Source: Caldisericia bacterium
Lineage (GTDB): Bacteria > Caldisericota > Caldisericia > JAAYUI01
DNA: 64,000 nucleotides
Reading direction: 5' to 3'
Assembly: GCA_963674785.1 (NCBI GenBank)
Contig: OY771555.1
Coordinates: 2,144,001 to 2,208,000 of the forward strand
Below the pieces are notes generated by a model, which saw nothing but the letters and a program-made list of their open reading frames with translations, ran no database searches and was not told the origin of the DNA. The number at the start of each line of letters is the position of its first letter. Position 1 is the first letter of the stretch. Made by a program: the position numbers and the translations under genes. Of the stretch, positions 9,305 through 18,514 are shown in pieces.

Positions 9305-10735
9305 ATGAAATTATCGGAGCTTCCAAAGAAATCAAAAATTCACATGATCGCAATTGGTGGGACAGGGATGAGAGCATTGGCAATAATCCTTCACCAGATG
9401 GGACACATCGTCTCAGGATCAGATATAAATACTGAAAATGATTCTGTCAGAAATCTTAGAGAGCTAGGAATAAACGTATATCATGGGCACGATGAAAAAA
9501 ATCTTGATAACCCAGATATCGTAATAAGGTCTGCAATCATCCCCGACAATAATCCAGAGGTTTCAAAAGCAACAGAGCTTAAAATCCCAGTTATCAATCG
9601 AACAGATGCGGTTACAGAGCTTGCAAACACAAAAAGAATCTTTGCAGTAGCCGGATCACATGGAAAATCAACGGCAACAAGTATGCTCGTCCATATCCTG
9701 AAAAAAGAGAATATTCCATTCTCCTGGTACTACGGCTCACAACTAAAAGACGGTTCTGCTGAAGCATATTGGGATAGTAATTCTGAGTGGCTTATACTGG
9801 AAACCGATGAATCCGATCATGGTTTCATTAGATACAATACTACAATTGGAACAGTTTTATGTATCGACCCTGAACATATGGAGTTCTATGATTTTGATTT
9901 CAACAATCTCCTCGGGGAGTTCAGTGACTTCATCGAGAAATCTGTAAGCAATCATGGTGTCCAAATTCTCTCTTTCGACGACCTGAACACAAACAAGATT
10001 TTTGATAAGTGTCAAAACCTAATCACGTTTGGCAAACAAGATGGTGCCGACCTTAGGTTTGATGGCCCAGTTTTCAAAATTATTGATGGGAAGATGGGTT
10101 CATCGTCAAAAATCTCCTTCAAAGGCAGAGAATTCGGAATGCTTGAATTAACTGTACCTGGTGAACATAACATCCAAAACGCACTATCAGCGGTTGCAGG
10201 GGCAGCACAATTTGGAATATCCCTTCTGGACTCAATCTCTGACCTGAAAGACTACCCGGGTCTCAAAAGAAGAATTGAGCAGCTTGGTAATACTAACGAG
10301 CACATCATGTTTGATGATGATGCAGGACATCCAAGTGAGCTTTCTGCAGGAATAAAAACACTGAAACAATATTTTCCTGACAGACCATTGTGTATCATTC
10401 ATCAACCAGTCAGGTTCTCAAGGGTTTATTACCTTGCAGATGAATATGCAAAAGTCATTAATGAATTGCTTGATAAAAATGACAGGTATATCGCCTCACC
10501 AGCACACGCTTCTGATGAGAATAAATGGGGAGTTGATAAAAACGGCATCTCAAACACAGTAAAGAACCTGAATCCACAGTGCCACGTTGAGGTTTTGGAT
10601 AGTTCTGACGAGATAATACCTACCATAAACAGAGACCTTAAAAAAGGTGAGATAATCTTCTTCTCCGGTCATCCACCAAACATCATAAGAAATAAAGCAT
10701 TTGAGTTTTGTGACGATTTGAAAAATAATAAATAA
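9305..10735 (+). CDS. murC: UDP-N-acetylmuramate--amino acid ligase, MurC family (divergent substrate pocket)
   Basis: IGGTGMRALA, GSHGKST, ETDESD, PGEHNIQNA, GLKRR; C-terminal motifs atypical (DDDAGHP, HQPVRFSR). Confidence 0.8.
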   Translation: MKLSELPKKSKIHMIAIGGTGMRALAIILHQMGHIVSGSDINTENDSVRNLRELGINVYHGHDEKNLDNPDIVIRSAIIPDNNPEVSKATELKIPVINRTDAVTELANTKRIFAVAGSHGKSTATSMLVHILKKENIPFSWYYGSQLKDGSAEAYWDSNSEWLILETDESDHGFIRYNTTIGTVLCIDPEHMEFYDFDFNNLLGEFSDFIEKSVSNHGVQILSFDDLNTNKIFDKCQNLITFGKQDGADLRFDGPVFKIIDGKMGSSSKISFKGREFGMLELTVPGEHNIQNALSAVAGAAQFGISLLDSISDLKDYPGLKRRIEQLGNTNEHIMFDDDAGHPSELSAGIKTLKQYFPDRPLCIIHQPVRFSRVYYLADEYAKVINELLDKNDRYIASPAHASDENKWGVDKNGISNTVKNLNPQCHVEVLDSSDEIIPTINRDLKKGEIIFFSGHPPNIIRNKAFEFCDDLKNNK

Positions 10736-10747
10736 AGGAGTGTTGTT

Positions 10748-11965
10748 GTGATCAATTTTGAATTTACTGAGGAACAGAAGATGGTTGCAAAAATGGTTCG
10801 CGACCTCGCCGCAAGAGAGTTTGCCCCACACATCAAAGAATGGGATGAGCAGGCACAATGGCAACCGATAGTTGCAAAAAAACTCGCCGAACAGGGAATC
10901 ATGGGTCTGTGTACTCCTGAAAAATACGGCGGATCAGGTTTTGATTACATCTCTCTTGGGCTTGCATGTGAAGAGCTTGAATATGTTGACACCGCAATGA
11001 GAGTCACTCTTTCTGTACACATTGGTCTCGTCCAGATGCCAATCCTCACATGGGGAACAGAAGAACAACGACAGAAGTATCTGCCACCACTTGCATCCGG
11101 TGAAAAAATTGGAGCATTTGGTCTTACTGAACCAAACGCTGGCACAGACGTTGTAGCCCTTGAAACAAAAGCAGTCAAAGATGGAAATGATTGGCTCATC
11201 TCTGGTGAAAAAATGTGGATTTCTCTTTCAGACGTCGCTGACACATTCGTAATCATCGCCTGGACTGATCTTGAAAAAATGAAAAAGCGTGACCACTCTG
11301 GGGTATCTGCATTTATTCTCGAACGCGAAATGGACGGACTCGAAACTGCATCAATTCACGGAAAACTTGGTGTTAGGGCTGGAAATACTGGTTCAATCTC
11401 AATGAACCAGGTCAGAGTTCCACAGGAAAATATGCTGGGTGTTGAAGGTGAAGGATTCAAAATCGCAATGTTCTGCCTTGACCAGGGAAGATATACAGTT
11501 GGATGGGGCGCAACAGGACTTGTTAAAGCATGTCTTGATGCATCAGTGACATATGCAAATTCAAGAAATACATTTGGTGTTCCGATTGGGCATCACCAGC
11601 TTGTGAAATCAATGATTGCAAACATGAAAGCAAATTATGAAGCCTCGATGCTTCTCAATCTTAAAGCTGGATGGTTGAAAAATGCTGGCAAACGCTGCAC
11701 CAAAGAAACAGCACTTGCAAAATGGTTTGCATGTGATGCATCAGAAAAAGCCGCATCTGATTGCGTACAGGTTCACGGAGCATATGGATACTCAAACGAA
11801 TTCCCAGCAGAACGCTTCTACAGGAATGCTAAGGGTGCAGTAATATATGAAGGATCAAGAGAGGTGCAGCAGCTTATCGCAGCCGACTATGAACTCGGTT
11901 ACAGAAAAGATAAACCTCTGAGAAAATCAATGCCTCCTCACCCATTTCCAGAGAACTGGGATTGA
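10748..11965 (+). CDS. Acyl-CoA dehydrogenase
   Basis: AFGLTEPNAGTD, GEKMWIS, KLGVRA, VQVHGAYGY, IYEGSREVQ; GTG start after AAGGAG. Confidence 0.93.
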   Translation: MINFEFTEEQKMVAKMVRDLAAREFAPHIKEWDEQAQWQPIVAKKLAEQGIMGLCTPEKYGGSGFDYISLGLACEELEYVDTAMRVTLSVHIGLVQMPILTWGTEEQRQKYLPPLASGEKIGAFGLTEPNAGTDVVALETKAVKDGNDWLISGEKMWISLSDVADTFVIIAWTDLEKMKKRDHSGVSAFILEREMDGLETASIHGKLGVRAGNTGSISMNQVRVPQENMLGVEGEGFKIAMFCLDQGRYTVGWGATGLVKACLDASVTYANSRNTFGVPIGHHQLVKSMIANMKANYEASMLLNLKAGWLKNAGKRCTKETALAKWFACDASEKAASDCVQVHGAYGYSNEFPAERFYRNAKGAVIYEGSREVQQLIAADYELGYRKDKPLRKSMPPHPFPENWD

Positions 11966-11977
11966 TTTAAATTTTGC

Positions 11978-12400
11978 ATGAAAAAGAGGGTTTTGTTTCT
12001 CTGTGTTGCAAACTCGGCCAGATCGCAGATGTCGGAGGGACTCTTAAAGTCACTTGACACAAATGGTGAGTTTGAAGTTTTTAGTGCTGGCTCAAAACCC
12101 TCAAAACTCAACCCTCACGCTGTAGATGTCTTGTCTGAAATCGGCATAGATATCGGTGGTCATTATTCAAAACACTGGAAAGAACTAGACACCACAGAAG
12201 GTTTTGATTATGTGATTTCAGTTTGTTCTGACTCTGAAGCCGAATGTCCTGTATTTACAGGAAATGTTGGACAGAGGTTGAGATGGGTCTTTGATGACCC
12301 AGCAGATTGCTTTGATAAAGATAATTGTATAGAAAAATTCAGATCAATAAGAGACCAGATTAAAATAAGAATTATTGATTGGCTGAAAACTGGGTCTTAA
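11978..12400 (+). CDS. arsC: Arsenate reductase ArsC / LMW-PTP family
   Basis: FLCVANSARSQM P-loop, SAGSKP, VC...CP, DDPA. Confidence 0.85.
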   Translation: MKKRVLFLCVANSARSQMSEGLLKSLDTNGEFEVFSAGSKPSKLNPHAVDVLSEIGIDIGGHYSKHWKELDTTEGFDYVISVCSDSEAECPVFTGNVGQRLRWVFDDPADCFDKDNCIEKFRSIRDQIKIRIIDWLKTGS

Positions 12401-13314
12401 TCGTCAAGACCCAGTAATTTTTTTATTTCGGTTTCGGCAATTCCTGGAGTTTCTGGTGAATATCCATCATGTTGCCAAACGATCAATCCATCTTTATTAA
12501 CGAGTGTCATATTAGGAACACCCAACCCACCCCATGAATAATAAGTTTCTGCCATGGGATCGAGTGGAACAGGATACTCGACACCCAGTGTCTCTATAAG
12601 TTCAGCTCTTTCTTCATCAAGATGACTTGAGTCTGTACAAACACCCAAAACTAGAAGTCCCTGATCCTTATATTTATTGTAAAGCTCCACAAGCGCGGGG
12701 AGTTCCTTGTTGCAAGGAAGACATCTTGTTGACCAGAAGTTGATTAAAATACATTTCACATCACCCCTTGCAAGCTCTTCATGGAAGTTAATTGTCCCAC
12801 CAGATTGAGTTTCGAGAGTGAAGCCTGGTGCATGAGGAAGAAGCCTGTTTTCGTCTATCTCCATTAAAAGATGATAACCACCATCTTCTGGTTCTATTTC
12901 TTTGGTTTGTAATGCCAATTCCTCAGAAATAAAACTGGTATCAATAAGCATCCTATCTCTAAGGATTATCGGGATATTATCGAACAATCTCTTTTCACCA
13001 AGAGATTCATATTCTCGTTCACCGTACCATATCTTGATGTTTCTTCCCTGTCCTCTAACAAGGACTGATTTTTCATGGTCAAGCCATAGCACCCTATGTC
13101 CCATAAATTCGGCAAGAAACCTGAGTGGGAAGAAATATGTGCCTTCGACAAGTTGTGGACCAACATCTGTGCTGTAGGTCTTCTCACCAATTTTCACATT
13201 TCGCCAATCATCCTTCCAAAGAATTCTTACATTAGCTGCCAGAACGAGCGGGACAAAGACTGCACTAATCAGTAATACCGCACAAATCCTTAACCATGTT
13301 TTCGAGTTTTTCAT
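12397..13314 (-). CDS. Secreted stalk (Cu-amine-oxidase N-terminal-like) domain + TlpA/ResA-type thioredoxin fusion
   Basis: Signal peptide MKNSKTW...VLA; TYFFPLRFLAEFMGHRVLW stalk motif; APGFTL...INFWSTRCLPCNKELP, GVPN. Confidence 0.8.
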   Translation of the reverse strand: MKNSKTWLRICAVLLISAVFVPLVLAANVRILWKDDWRNVKIGEKTYSTDVGPQLVEGTYFFPLRFLAEFMGHRVLWLDHEKSVLVRGQGRNIKIWYGEREYESLGEKRLFDNIPIILRDRMLIDTSFISEELALQTKEIEPEDGGYHLLMEIDENRLLPHAPGFTLETQSGGTINFHEELARGDVKCILINFWSTRCLPCNKELPALVELYNKYKDQGLLVLGVCTDSSHLDEERAELIETLGVEYPVPLDPMAETYYSWGGLGVPNMTLVNKDGLIVWQHDGYSPETPGIAETEIKKLLGLDD

Positions 13315-14173
13315 TGGCCTCATCTGAATACCTTTCATGGAACCATGTAACACATTTTTCTCCAGGTGTCAAAAGAAAGAAGTTCGGAAAAATTGGATCA
13401 AACCAGGTAGCCTGAGTTGAATAGTTTTCATCGTGACAAATTGGAAAGTCAACTTTTAATCTATCGAGCAGGTCTTCTCTATCTGCCTCAAGATTTGGCC
13501 CATCTGTGCAAACACCAAGCACCTCAAGTCCATCATTGTTATATTTTCTGTGAAGTTCTCCTAAAAACTCAAGCTGGTCATGGCAGGGAATGCACTCGGT
13601 ATACCAAATCTGGACAATAACGGCCTTTGTTTCGGATTTATTCATGTAATCAGAAAGCTTAAGAGTTTTGGATGGATCATTATGTACAGGAAATTCAAAA
13701 TCTACCCATCTGTAGCAAATGTGGTCAGAATCTACCTTCATCGAAACATTCTTACCATCCACCGCAAGTGAAGTATCAAGAATAAGATTCAATCCATTTG
13801 TGGAGATCATTGTTCGAGAGTCTTTTATGATTGGTGAGATGGTAAGGGAGTGTGTTTGTTCATTCTTGATTAGCTTAGTATCATTTATCCAAAGTTGGAT
13901 TTGTGTATCAGTGTTGTTCAGTTTTACAGACTTCTCCTCAGAAATCCATTCAACATCAAATCCCATCCACTCAGAAATAACTCTCAGTGGAATATATGTG
14001 CTTGAACCCTCCTGCATAGGGGCAACATCCATCTTGTATTTTTTCCCATCAACAGCGATAAGCTTTGAGCCAACCCTCCAATCAATGGATACTTCTTCTG
14101 CAAAGATGCTTTTAACAAGAATAGGTGAAATCGCAAGAATTGCTACAAGAAGGCAAATTGATATTTTCTTCAT
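13265..14173 (-). CDS. Secreted stalk domain + TlpA/ResA-type thioredoxin fusion (paralog)
   Basis: Signal peptide; MDVAP...TYIPLRVISEWMGFDVEW; WYTECIPC CxxC; IFPNFF cis-Pro region. Confidence 0.8.
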   Translation of the reverse strand: MKKISICLLVAILAISPILVKSIFAEEVSIDWRVGSKLIAVDGKKYKMDVAPMQEGSSTYIPLRVISEWMGFDVEWISEEKSVKLNNTDTQIQLWINDTKLIKNEQTHSLTISPIIKDSRTMISTNGLNLILDTSLAVDGKNVSMKVDSDHICYRWVDFEFPVHNDPSKTLKLSDYMNKSETKAVIVQIWYTECIPCHDQLEFLGELHRKYNNDGLEVLGVCTDGPNLEADREDLLDRLKVDFPICHDENYSTQATWFDPIFPNFFLLTPGEKCVTWFHERYSDEANEKLENMVKDLCGITD

Positions 14174-14261
14174 TTTTCACATCCTTTCATTCTGACTACA
14201 TTTTCACATCCATCTTTTTTTAATGCAAGTGCTTATAAGTTACACAAAAATGAAATTTCAT

Positions 14262-14290
14262 TTGACATATTGCTTATTAAACAATAAAAT
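14262..14290 (+). promoter_or_regulatory. sigma70-type promoter (TTGACA-17-TAAAAT) of nif3-ABC-pspC unit
   Basis: Near-consensus hexamers at 17-bp spacing upstream of 14299 ORF. Confidence 0.65.
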
Positions 14291-14298
14291 AGTCTAGA

Positions 14299-15093
14299 AT
14301 GACTGTACAGAATAGAGATGATATGGGAAAACTTATGCCAAGTGCGGTCGCAGGTTTTTTGGATAAACTTCTGAGGGAGTCCGCCGATCCTGCGGATAAA
14401 TCCCTTAATGGACTACAGGTTGACTCAGGCAATCCGATTAGAAAGGTTGGGTATGCTGTTGATGCTTGCCTTGAGGCATTCGAAGAGGCCAAGGAACAAC
14501 GCTGTGATATGGTCATCACCCACCACGGTTTATATTGGTCAGGTGATGAACATCGTATTATCGGTCTCATGAGAGATCGAGTGGGTTTTCTTATCAAAAA
14601 CAACATCTCTCTATGGTCGTGTCATATCCCACTTGATAGAGATATGAAGTTTGGAAATAACATCGGTTTATCAAAAATTGTTGGCATCAAGGATCCAAAA
14701 GGCTTTGCTGATTATCACGGTATGCCTATAGGACTCTATGGTAGTCTTGCAGAAACAACCACTATCCTGAATATTAACAATATCCTTGAAAAGAACCTTC
14801 CCGAATGTAAACCTTTCGTGTGGGATTTTGGGGTAAAAACCATAAAAACAATTGGAGTAGTATCGGGCGGTGGTTCTTTTGCGATATCAGAGGCTGCTGA
14901 GCTTGGATTGGATTTACTTGTAACTGGTGAAGTATCGCATTCGGATTATCATGTTGCACTTGAAAACAAAATCAATGTTCTGGCAGCAGGACACTGGTCA
15001 ACAGAAACTGTTGGAATTGGATTAATCGCAAAAGAGATCACAGACAAACTGGGAATTGAAACTGTTTTTATTTCAATTCCTACCAGAATGTAG
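14299..15093 (+). CDS. Nif3-like dinuclear metal centre protein (YbgI/DUF34)
   Basis: NGLQV, ITHHG, CHIPLD, GNN, VSGGG, VTGE, AGHWSTE; true start may be ATG 14323. Confidence 0.92.
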   Translation: MTVQNRDDMGKLMPSAVAGFLDKLLRESADPADKSLNGLQVDSGNPIRKVGYAVDACLEAFEEAKEQRCDMVITHHGLYWSGDEHRIIGLMRDRVGFLIKNNISLWSCHIPLDRDMKFGNNIGLSKIVGIKDPKGFADYHGMPIGLYGSLAETTTILNINNILEKNLPECKPFVWDFGVKTIKTIGVVSGGGSFAISEAAELGLDLLVTGEVSHSDYHVALENKINVLAAGHWSTETVGIGLIAKEITDKLGIETVFISIPTRM

Positions 15094-15105
15094 CAGGAGG
15101 CACAT

Positions 15106-16059
15106 ATGGATGCACTTGTAAAAGTTAAAAACTTGACCAAAAGCTTTGGTAGTAACAAGGTTCTCGAAAATCTTAATTTCGAGATTGCCGATGGTGAAAG
15201 CTTTGGAATCCTTGGTCCTGCTGGTTCGGGGAAGACAACCCTCATAAATACTCTTGCTGGTATTCTCAAACCATCCGAAGGAAGCGTCACAATTGCTGGA
15301 AACGATCTTTACGCTATGTCTGGTCCTAAAGCCAGGAGATTGATTTCTCTCGTTCCACAAACATTAGCACTATATCCAGATTTTAATGCACACGATAACC
15401 TTAGATTCTTCGGCAGTTTTAATAATATAAAAAAACGTAGACTAAATGAGATTATGCTTGAAGCCCTAGACCTTTTTGAGCTTACTCCAGAGGCACATGT
15501 TCCGATAAACAAACTCCCTTATTCCTACTCAAAAAGACTTTCTGTTGCAATTTCGATGCTTTCAGATCCAAAAATCATAATGCTTGAGTCTCCAACTGAA
15601 GGACTCGATGATAGATCTGCGAGGATTATCACCGATGGATTAAATCTTCTCTCAAATAGAGGAAAAACCATTATTGTTGCAACAACTTACACAAGAGAGA
15701 TTACCAGTGTCTGCAGAAAAGTTGGAATAATGCATCAGGGGACACTCCTTGCACTTGATTATCTTGAAAATATTTTGAACTGCTTTGGTGAACAGAATCA
15801 GATTGAACTTGAGGCTGATGGACTCGAAAATATTCCAACTGATGTAATAAGGAAACAGCTCTTCTGCTCAGTTCCGATCGAAAGCCTTGAGAAATTTGGC
15901 TCAACACTCCTCATCAAACTAGAATCAACAACTGAGGTTCTTTCAATAATTCTTGAAGCTCTGGGTGATTCCGGAATCCCAGTAAAAAATATCAGACTCA
16001 GTGAGGGTAGCCTTGAAAATGTCTTCTATAAACTCGCTGGTCGTGAGTTGAGGGATTGA
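15106..16059 (+). CDS. ABC-2 (DrrA-like) ATP-binding protein with degenerate catalytic motifs
   Basis: Walker A GPAGSGKTT intact; signature LPYSYSKRL, Walker B MLESPTEGLD, H-loop ATTY all non-canonical; C-terminal SLENVF. Confidence 0.8.
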   Translation: MDALVKVKNLTKSFGSNKVLENLNFEIADGESFGILGPAGSGKTTLINTLAGILKPSEGSVTIAGNDLYAMSGPKARRLISLVPQTLALYPDFNAHDNLRFFGSFNNIKKRRLNEIMLEALDLFELTPEAHVPINKLPYSYSKRLSVAISMLSDPKIIMLESPTEGLDDRSARIITDGLNLLSNRGKTIIVATTYTREITSVCRKVGIMHQGTLLALDYLENILNCFGEQNQIELEADGLENIPTDVIRKQLFCSVPIESLEKFGSTLLIKLESTTEVLSIILEALGDSGIPVKNIRLSEGSLENVFYKLAGRELRD

Positions 16060-16077
16060 GGAAAGAGAGGGATATAA

Positions 16078-16635
16078 ATGGGTAAAAGCGCACTTACTAG
16101 CTGGCTTGTTATTGCAGGAAAAGATTTCAAAATACTATTCAAGAATCGCTCTCTCTTTTTGATTTTTATGGGTGTTTTGGCAGCTCTGATAACTCTTGCA
16201 ATCATACAGGGAACATTTATAAAGGAGACTATTTATACTTGGCTTGATGCCGACAAATATCTTCCAATGCTCCCAAACTACATGATATATTTTGTAATTT
16301 TTACATCCACACTATATATGATGAATCAAGGACCAGCTTCTTTCACCAATGAATATCAGACAGGAACAATTGATAGATTAAAAATTCAGAATGTGAGTAT
16401 TTTTTCACTTTCAGCCGGTAAAATTGTGTTCTTCTATTTGATCGCAATAATCTTGACACTGATATTCAATGGTCTTGCAACATACTTTTTCTGGGACAAA
16501 GGGATCACTCCAATGAACTGGACAGTATCAAATGCATTAGTCCATATTCTCTTATGGCCGCTAGGAATGGTCCTCGGAGCATACATCGTTTATTTGATCA
16601 TCTCACTCATAAATTTTTACAGTAAAAAAAGATAG
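16078..16635 (+). CDS. Short ABC-2 type permease-like membrane protein
   Basis: IAGKDFKILFKN N-terminus, EYQTGTIDRL..GK motif, about 4 TM segments, 185 aa. Confidence 0.7.
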   Translation: MGKSALTSWLVIAGKDFKILFKNRSLFLIFMGVLAALITLAIIQGTFIKETIYTWLDADKYLPMLPNYMIYFVIFTSTLYMMNQGPASFTNEYQTGTIDRLKIQNVSIFSLSAGKIVFFYLIAIILTLIFNGLATYFFWDKGITPMNWTVSNALVHILLWPLGMVLGAYIVYLIISLINFYSKKR

Positions 16636-16647
16636 CTAAAACTGTTT

Positions 16648-17109
16648 ATGAAAAGGCTGTATAAATCCAGAGGTGATAGAGTTATTTCAGGTGTATGTGG
16701 TGGCATTGCTAAATACTTTGGTATCGACTCTACTCTGATAAGGGTTATCTGGGTAATCTCGTTTCTAATCGGTGGAGTCGGTTTGTTTGGTTACGTAATT
16801 GCAATGATAATTATTCCAACTGAACCATATGATCAAAAAAAATCTGATAGGAAAGTTGATGTTTTTCAATCGAATACAAGTTCATCTTTTGACAAAGAAT
16901 TCGACACTGATTCAGATTTCCTAAACATTGACAAGAATAAGGTAAAAAACAACTTACCAATAATTCTCGGTGCAGCCCTGATTGGGTTCGGAATTCTTGT
17001 TCTGGCATCAACACTTGGATTCTTTGATTTTAGGATAATCGGAAAAATTATTGTCCCCGTGATCATAATTGGGCTTGGGTTATTCTTTGTATTAAACAGC
17101 AGAAAATAA
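16648..17109 (+). CDS. PspC domain membrane protein
   Basis: KRLYKSRGDRVISGVCGGIAKYFGIDSTLIR plus C-terminal TM pair. Confidence 0.9.
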   Translation: MKRLYKSRGDRVISGVCGGIAKYFGIDSTLIRVIWVISFLIGGVGLFGYVIAMIIIPTEPYDQKKSDRKVDVFQSNTSSSFDKEFDTDSDFLNIDKNKVKNNLPIILGAALIGFGILVLASTLGFFDFRIIGKIIVPVIIIGLGLFFVLNSRK

Positions 17110-17123
17110 CTAGTAAAAGTCGA

Positions 17124-17199
17124 TGGTGGAGCAGAGGAGACTCGAACTCCCTACCTCATCCTTGCGAAGGATGCGCTCTGCCAGATGAGCTACTGCCCC
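17124..17199 (-). tRNA. tRNA-Ala(CGC)
   Basis: Cloverleaf GGGGCAG/CTGCTCC with G3:U70, anticodon arm CATCC-TTCGCAA-GGATG, TTCGA loop, encoded CCA. Confidence 0.97.
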
Positions 17200-17304
17200 T
17201 AACACCCACGGTATTCTATGTCTTTAATGAAACAACTCAAGGTTTTGTTTTGTATTGTTGTATGAAAATCGATTATCGCTAACATTGTATTTGAAATTGG
17301 AGGA

Positions 17305-18462
17305 ATGGACTCTATGAAAAAAATTGGATTATTTATCACAGTCATAACAGTTGTAGCAATTTTTGGGTCGTGTGGATTTTCACAAGGTGTTACAGGCAAC
17401 ATATATGATTCTATATATGGAACAAAAATTACCCGAGACAGCGGTGTAACAATTGTTCTGAAAAACCTTGATAACACAAGACTCCCAGAAGTTGAAGTGA
17501 CTCCATCAAAAGACGGCACATACAAGATAGAGGCAAAACCTGGTCGATACAGAATTGAAACCGATGATCCAGACCTCAACTACAAAAGGTTTATTCAGCC
17601 AATCGAGATTGGTGAAGGCGTGATGGAGTTCGATATTCCCACTGAACCAATTGTCAAAACCTGGATTCACGGTCTGATTGCCGAAGTTCAACCAGGGAAA
17701 ACTGCTGAAGAAGATTATAAAACACTCATTGAGGGTGCAGTTATTGAGATTGACGGAAAATCTTCTATAACAGACGAAAATGGAAGTTTTGAGATTAAGT
17801 ATATCAAGTCTGGTTTGAAAAAGGTCACAATCAAAGCTGATGGATACAAACCATACAATAAAGCATATAACCTCTCAAAGGGTGAAACAATCGAATATTT
17901 TGAGCTTGAACCAGTTATCGATAAAGACCAGAGCCTGGTGTCATCGGTTACAAATCTTATCTCATTCAAGTCTGAGATTCTTTCTGGCACATCAAGTAAA
18001 AACATAACAGACTCATATGTATCCACTCTAATCACCTCACCATACACACTTGAAGTCGAAAATGCGAACAAAAAATTAAAGATGGTCTTGGGTGAGATTC
18101 ATCATTTCGACGAATCAACCAACGAGTACATAAGATCTGACTCTCATGATTCAGAAACCATAAATTTTGTGAAGTCAAGTTTTCAAATCTTGACTGATAT
18201 TGGTAAATTCGTATCCAATTCCAATGATTTAAAAATTGGAGAGACTATCGGAAATCTCAGTGGATATAGTTGTTCCCCATATGAATTCATATACGTTGAC
18301 AATGAAGGACTCGAATACGACGCAAAGCTTTGGGTTATTATCGATGGACAATTTGAGACGTATCCAATAAAACTTACTCTGTTCAACAAAAAGAATAATG
18401 AGTATCTTGAGATAAATCTCTTTGGGTTCAACAGTCCAGAAAACAATGTGATTCTTAACTAA
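17305..18462 (+). CDS. Lipoprotein with two carboxypeptidase-regulatory-like (Cna-B/transthyretin-like) domains
   Basis: Lipobox FGSC; DGTYKIEAKPGRYRI and TDENGSFEI...ADGYKPY repeats; start may be 17314. Confidence 0.75.
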   Translation: MDSMKKIGLFITVITVVAIFGSCGFSQGVTGNIYDSIYGTKITRDSGVTIVLKNLDNTRLPEVEVTPSKDGTYKIEAKPGRYRIETDDPDLNYKRFIQPIEIGEGVMEFDIPTEPIVKTWIHGLIAEVQPGKTAEEDYKTLIEGAVIEIDGKSSITDENGSFEIKYIKSGLKKVTIKADGYKPYNKAYNLSKGETIEYFELEPVIDKDQSLVSSVTNLISFKSEILSGTSSKNITDSYVSTLITSPYTLEVENANKKLKMVLGEIHHFDESTNEYIRSDSHDSETINFVKSSFQILTDIGKFVSNSNDLKIGETIGNLSGYSCSPYEFIYVDNEGLEYDAKLWVIIDGQFETYPIKLTLFNKKNNEYLEINLFGFNSPENNVILN

Positions 18463-18486
18463 AAAGAGTCCTTAATCTTTACAAGA

Positions 18487-18514
18487 TTGACAACACGAAT
18501 TGTAATTGTATCCT
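18487..18514 (+). promoter_or_regulatory. Orphan sigma70-type promoter (TTGACA-16-TATCCT)
   Basis: Perfect -35 between two convergent genes, with no long + strand ORF downstream. Confidence 0.45.

Noticed and set aside
12397-14173. Selenocysteine (UGA) recoding in the redoxins or ArsC
   Set aside because: All active-site motifs are ordinary Cys codons in uninterrupted frames.
16078-16647. Frameshifted pseudogene explanation for the short permease
   Set aside because: pspC begins 12 nt after the stop, leaving no room for a missing C-terminal half in another frame.
17124-17199. tRNA-Ala as integration site of an island
   Set aside because: No integrase and no duplicated tRNA 3' end seen in the window. 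The same holds for tRNA-Thr at 37473-37548.
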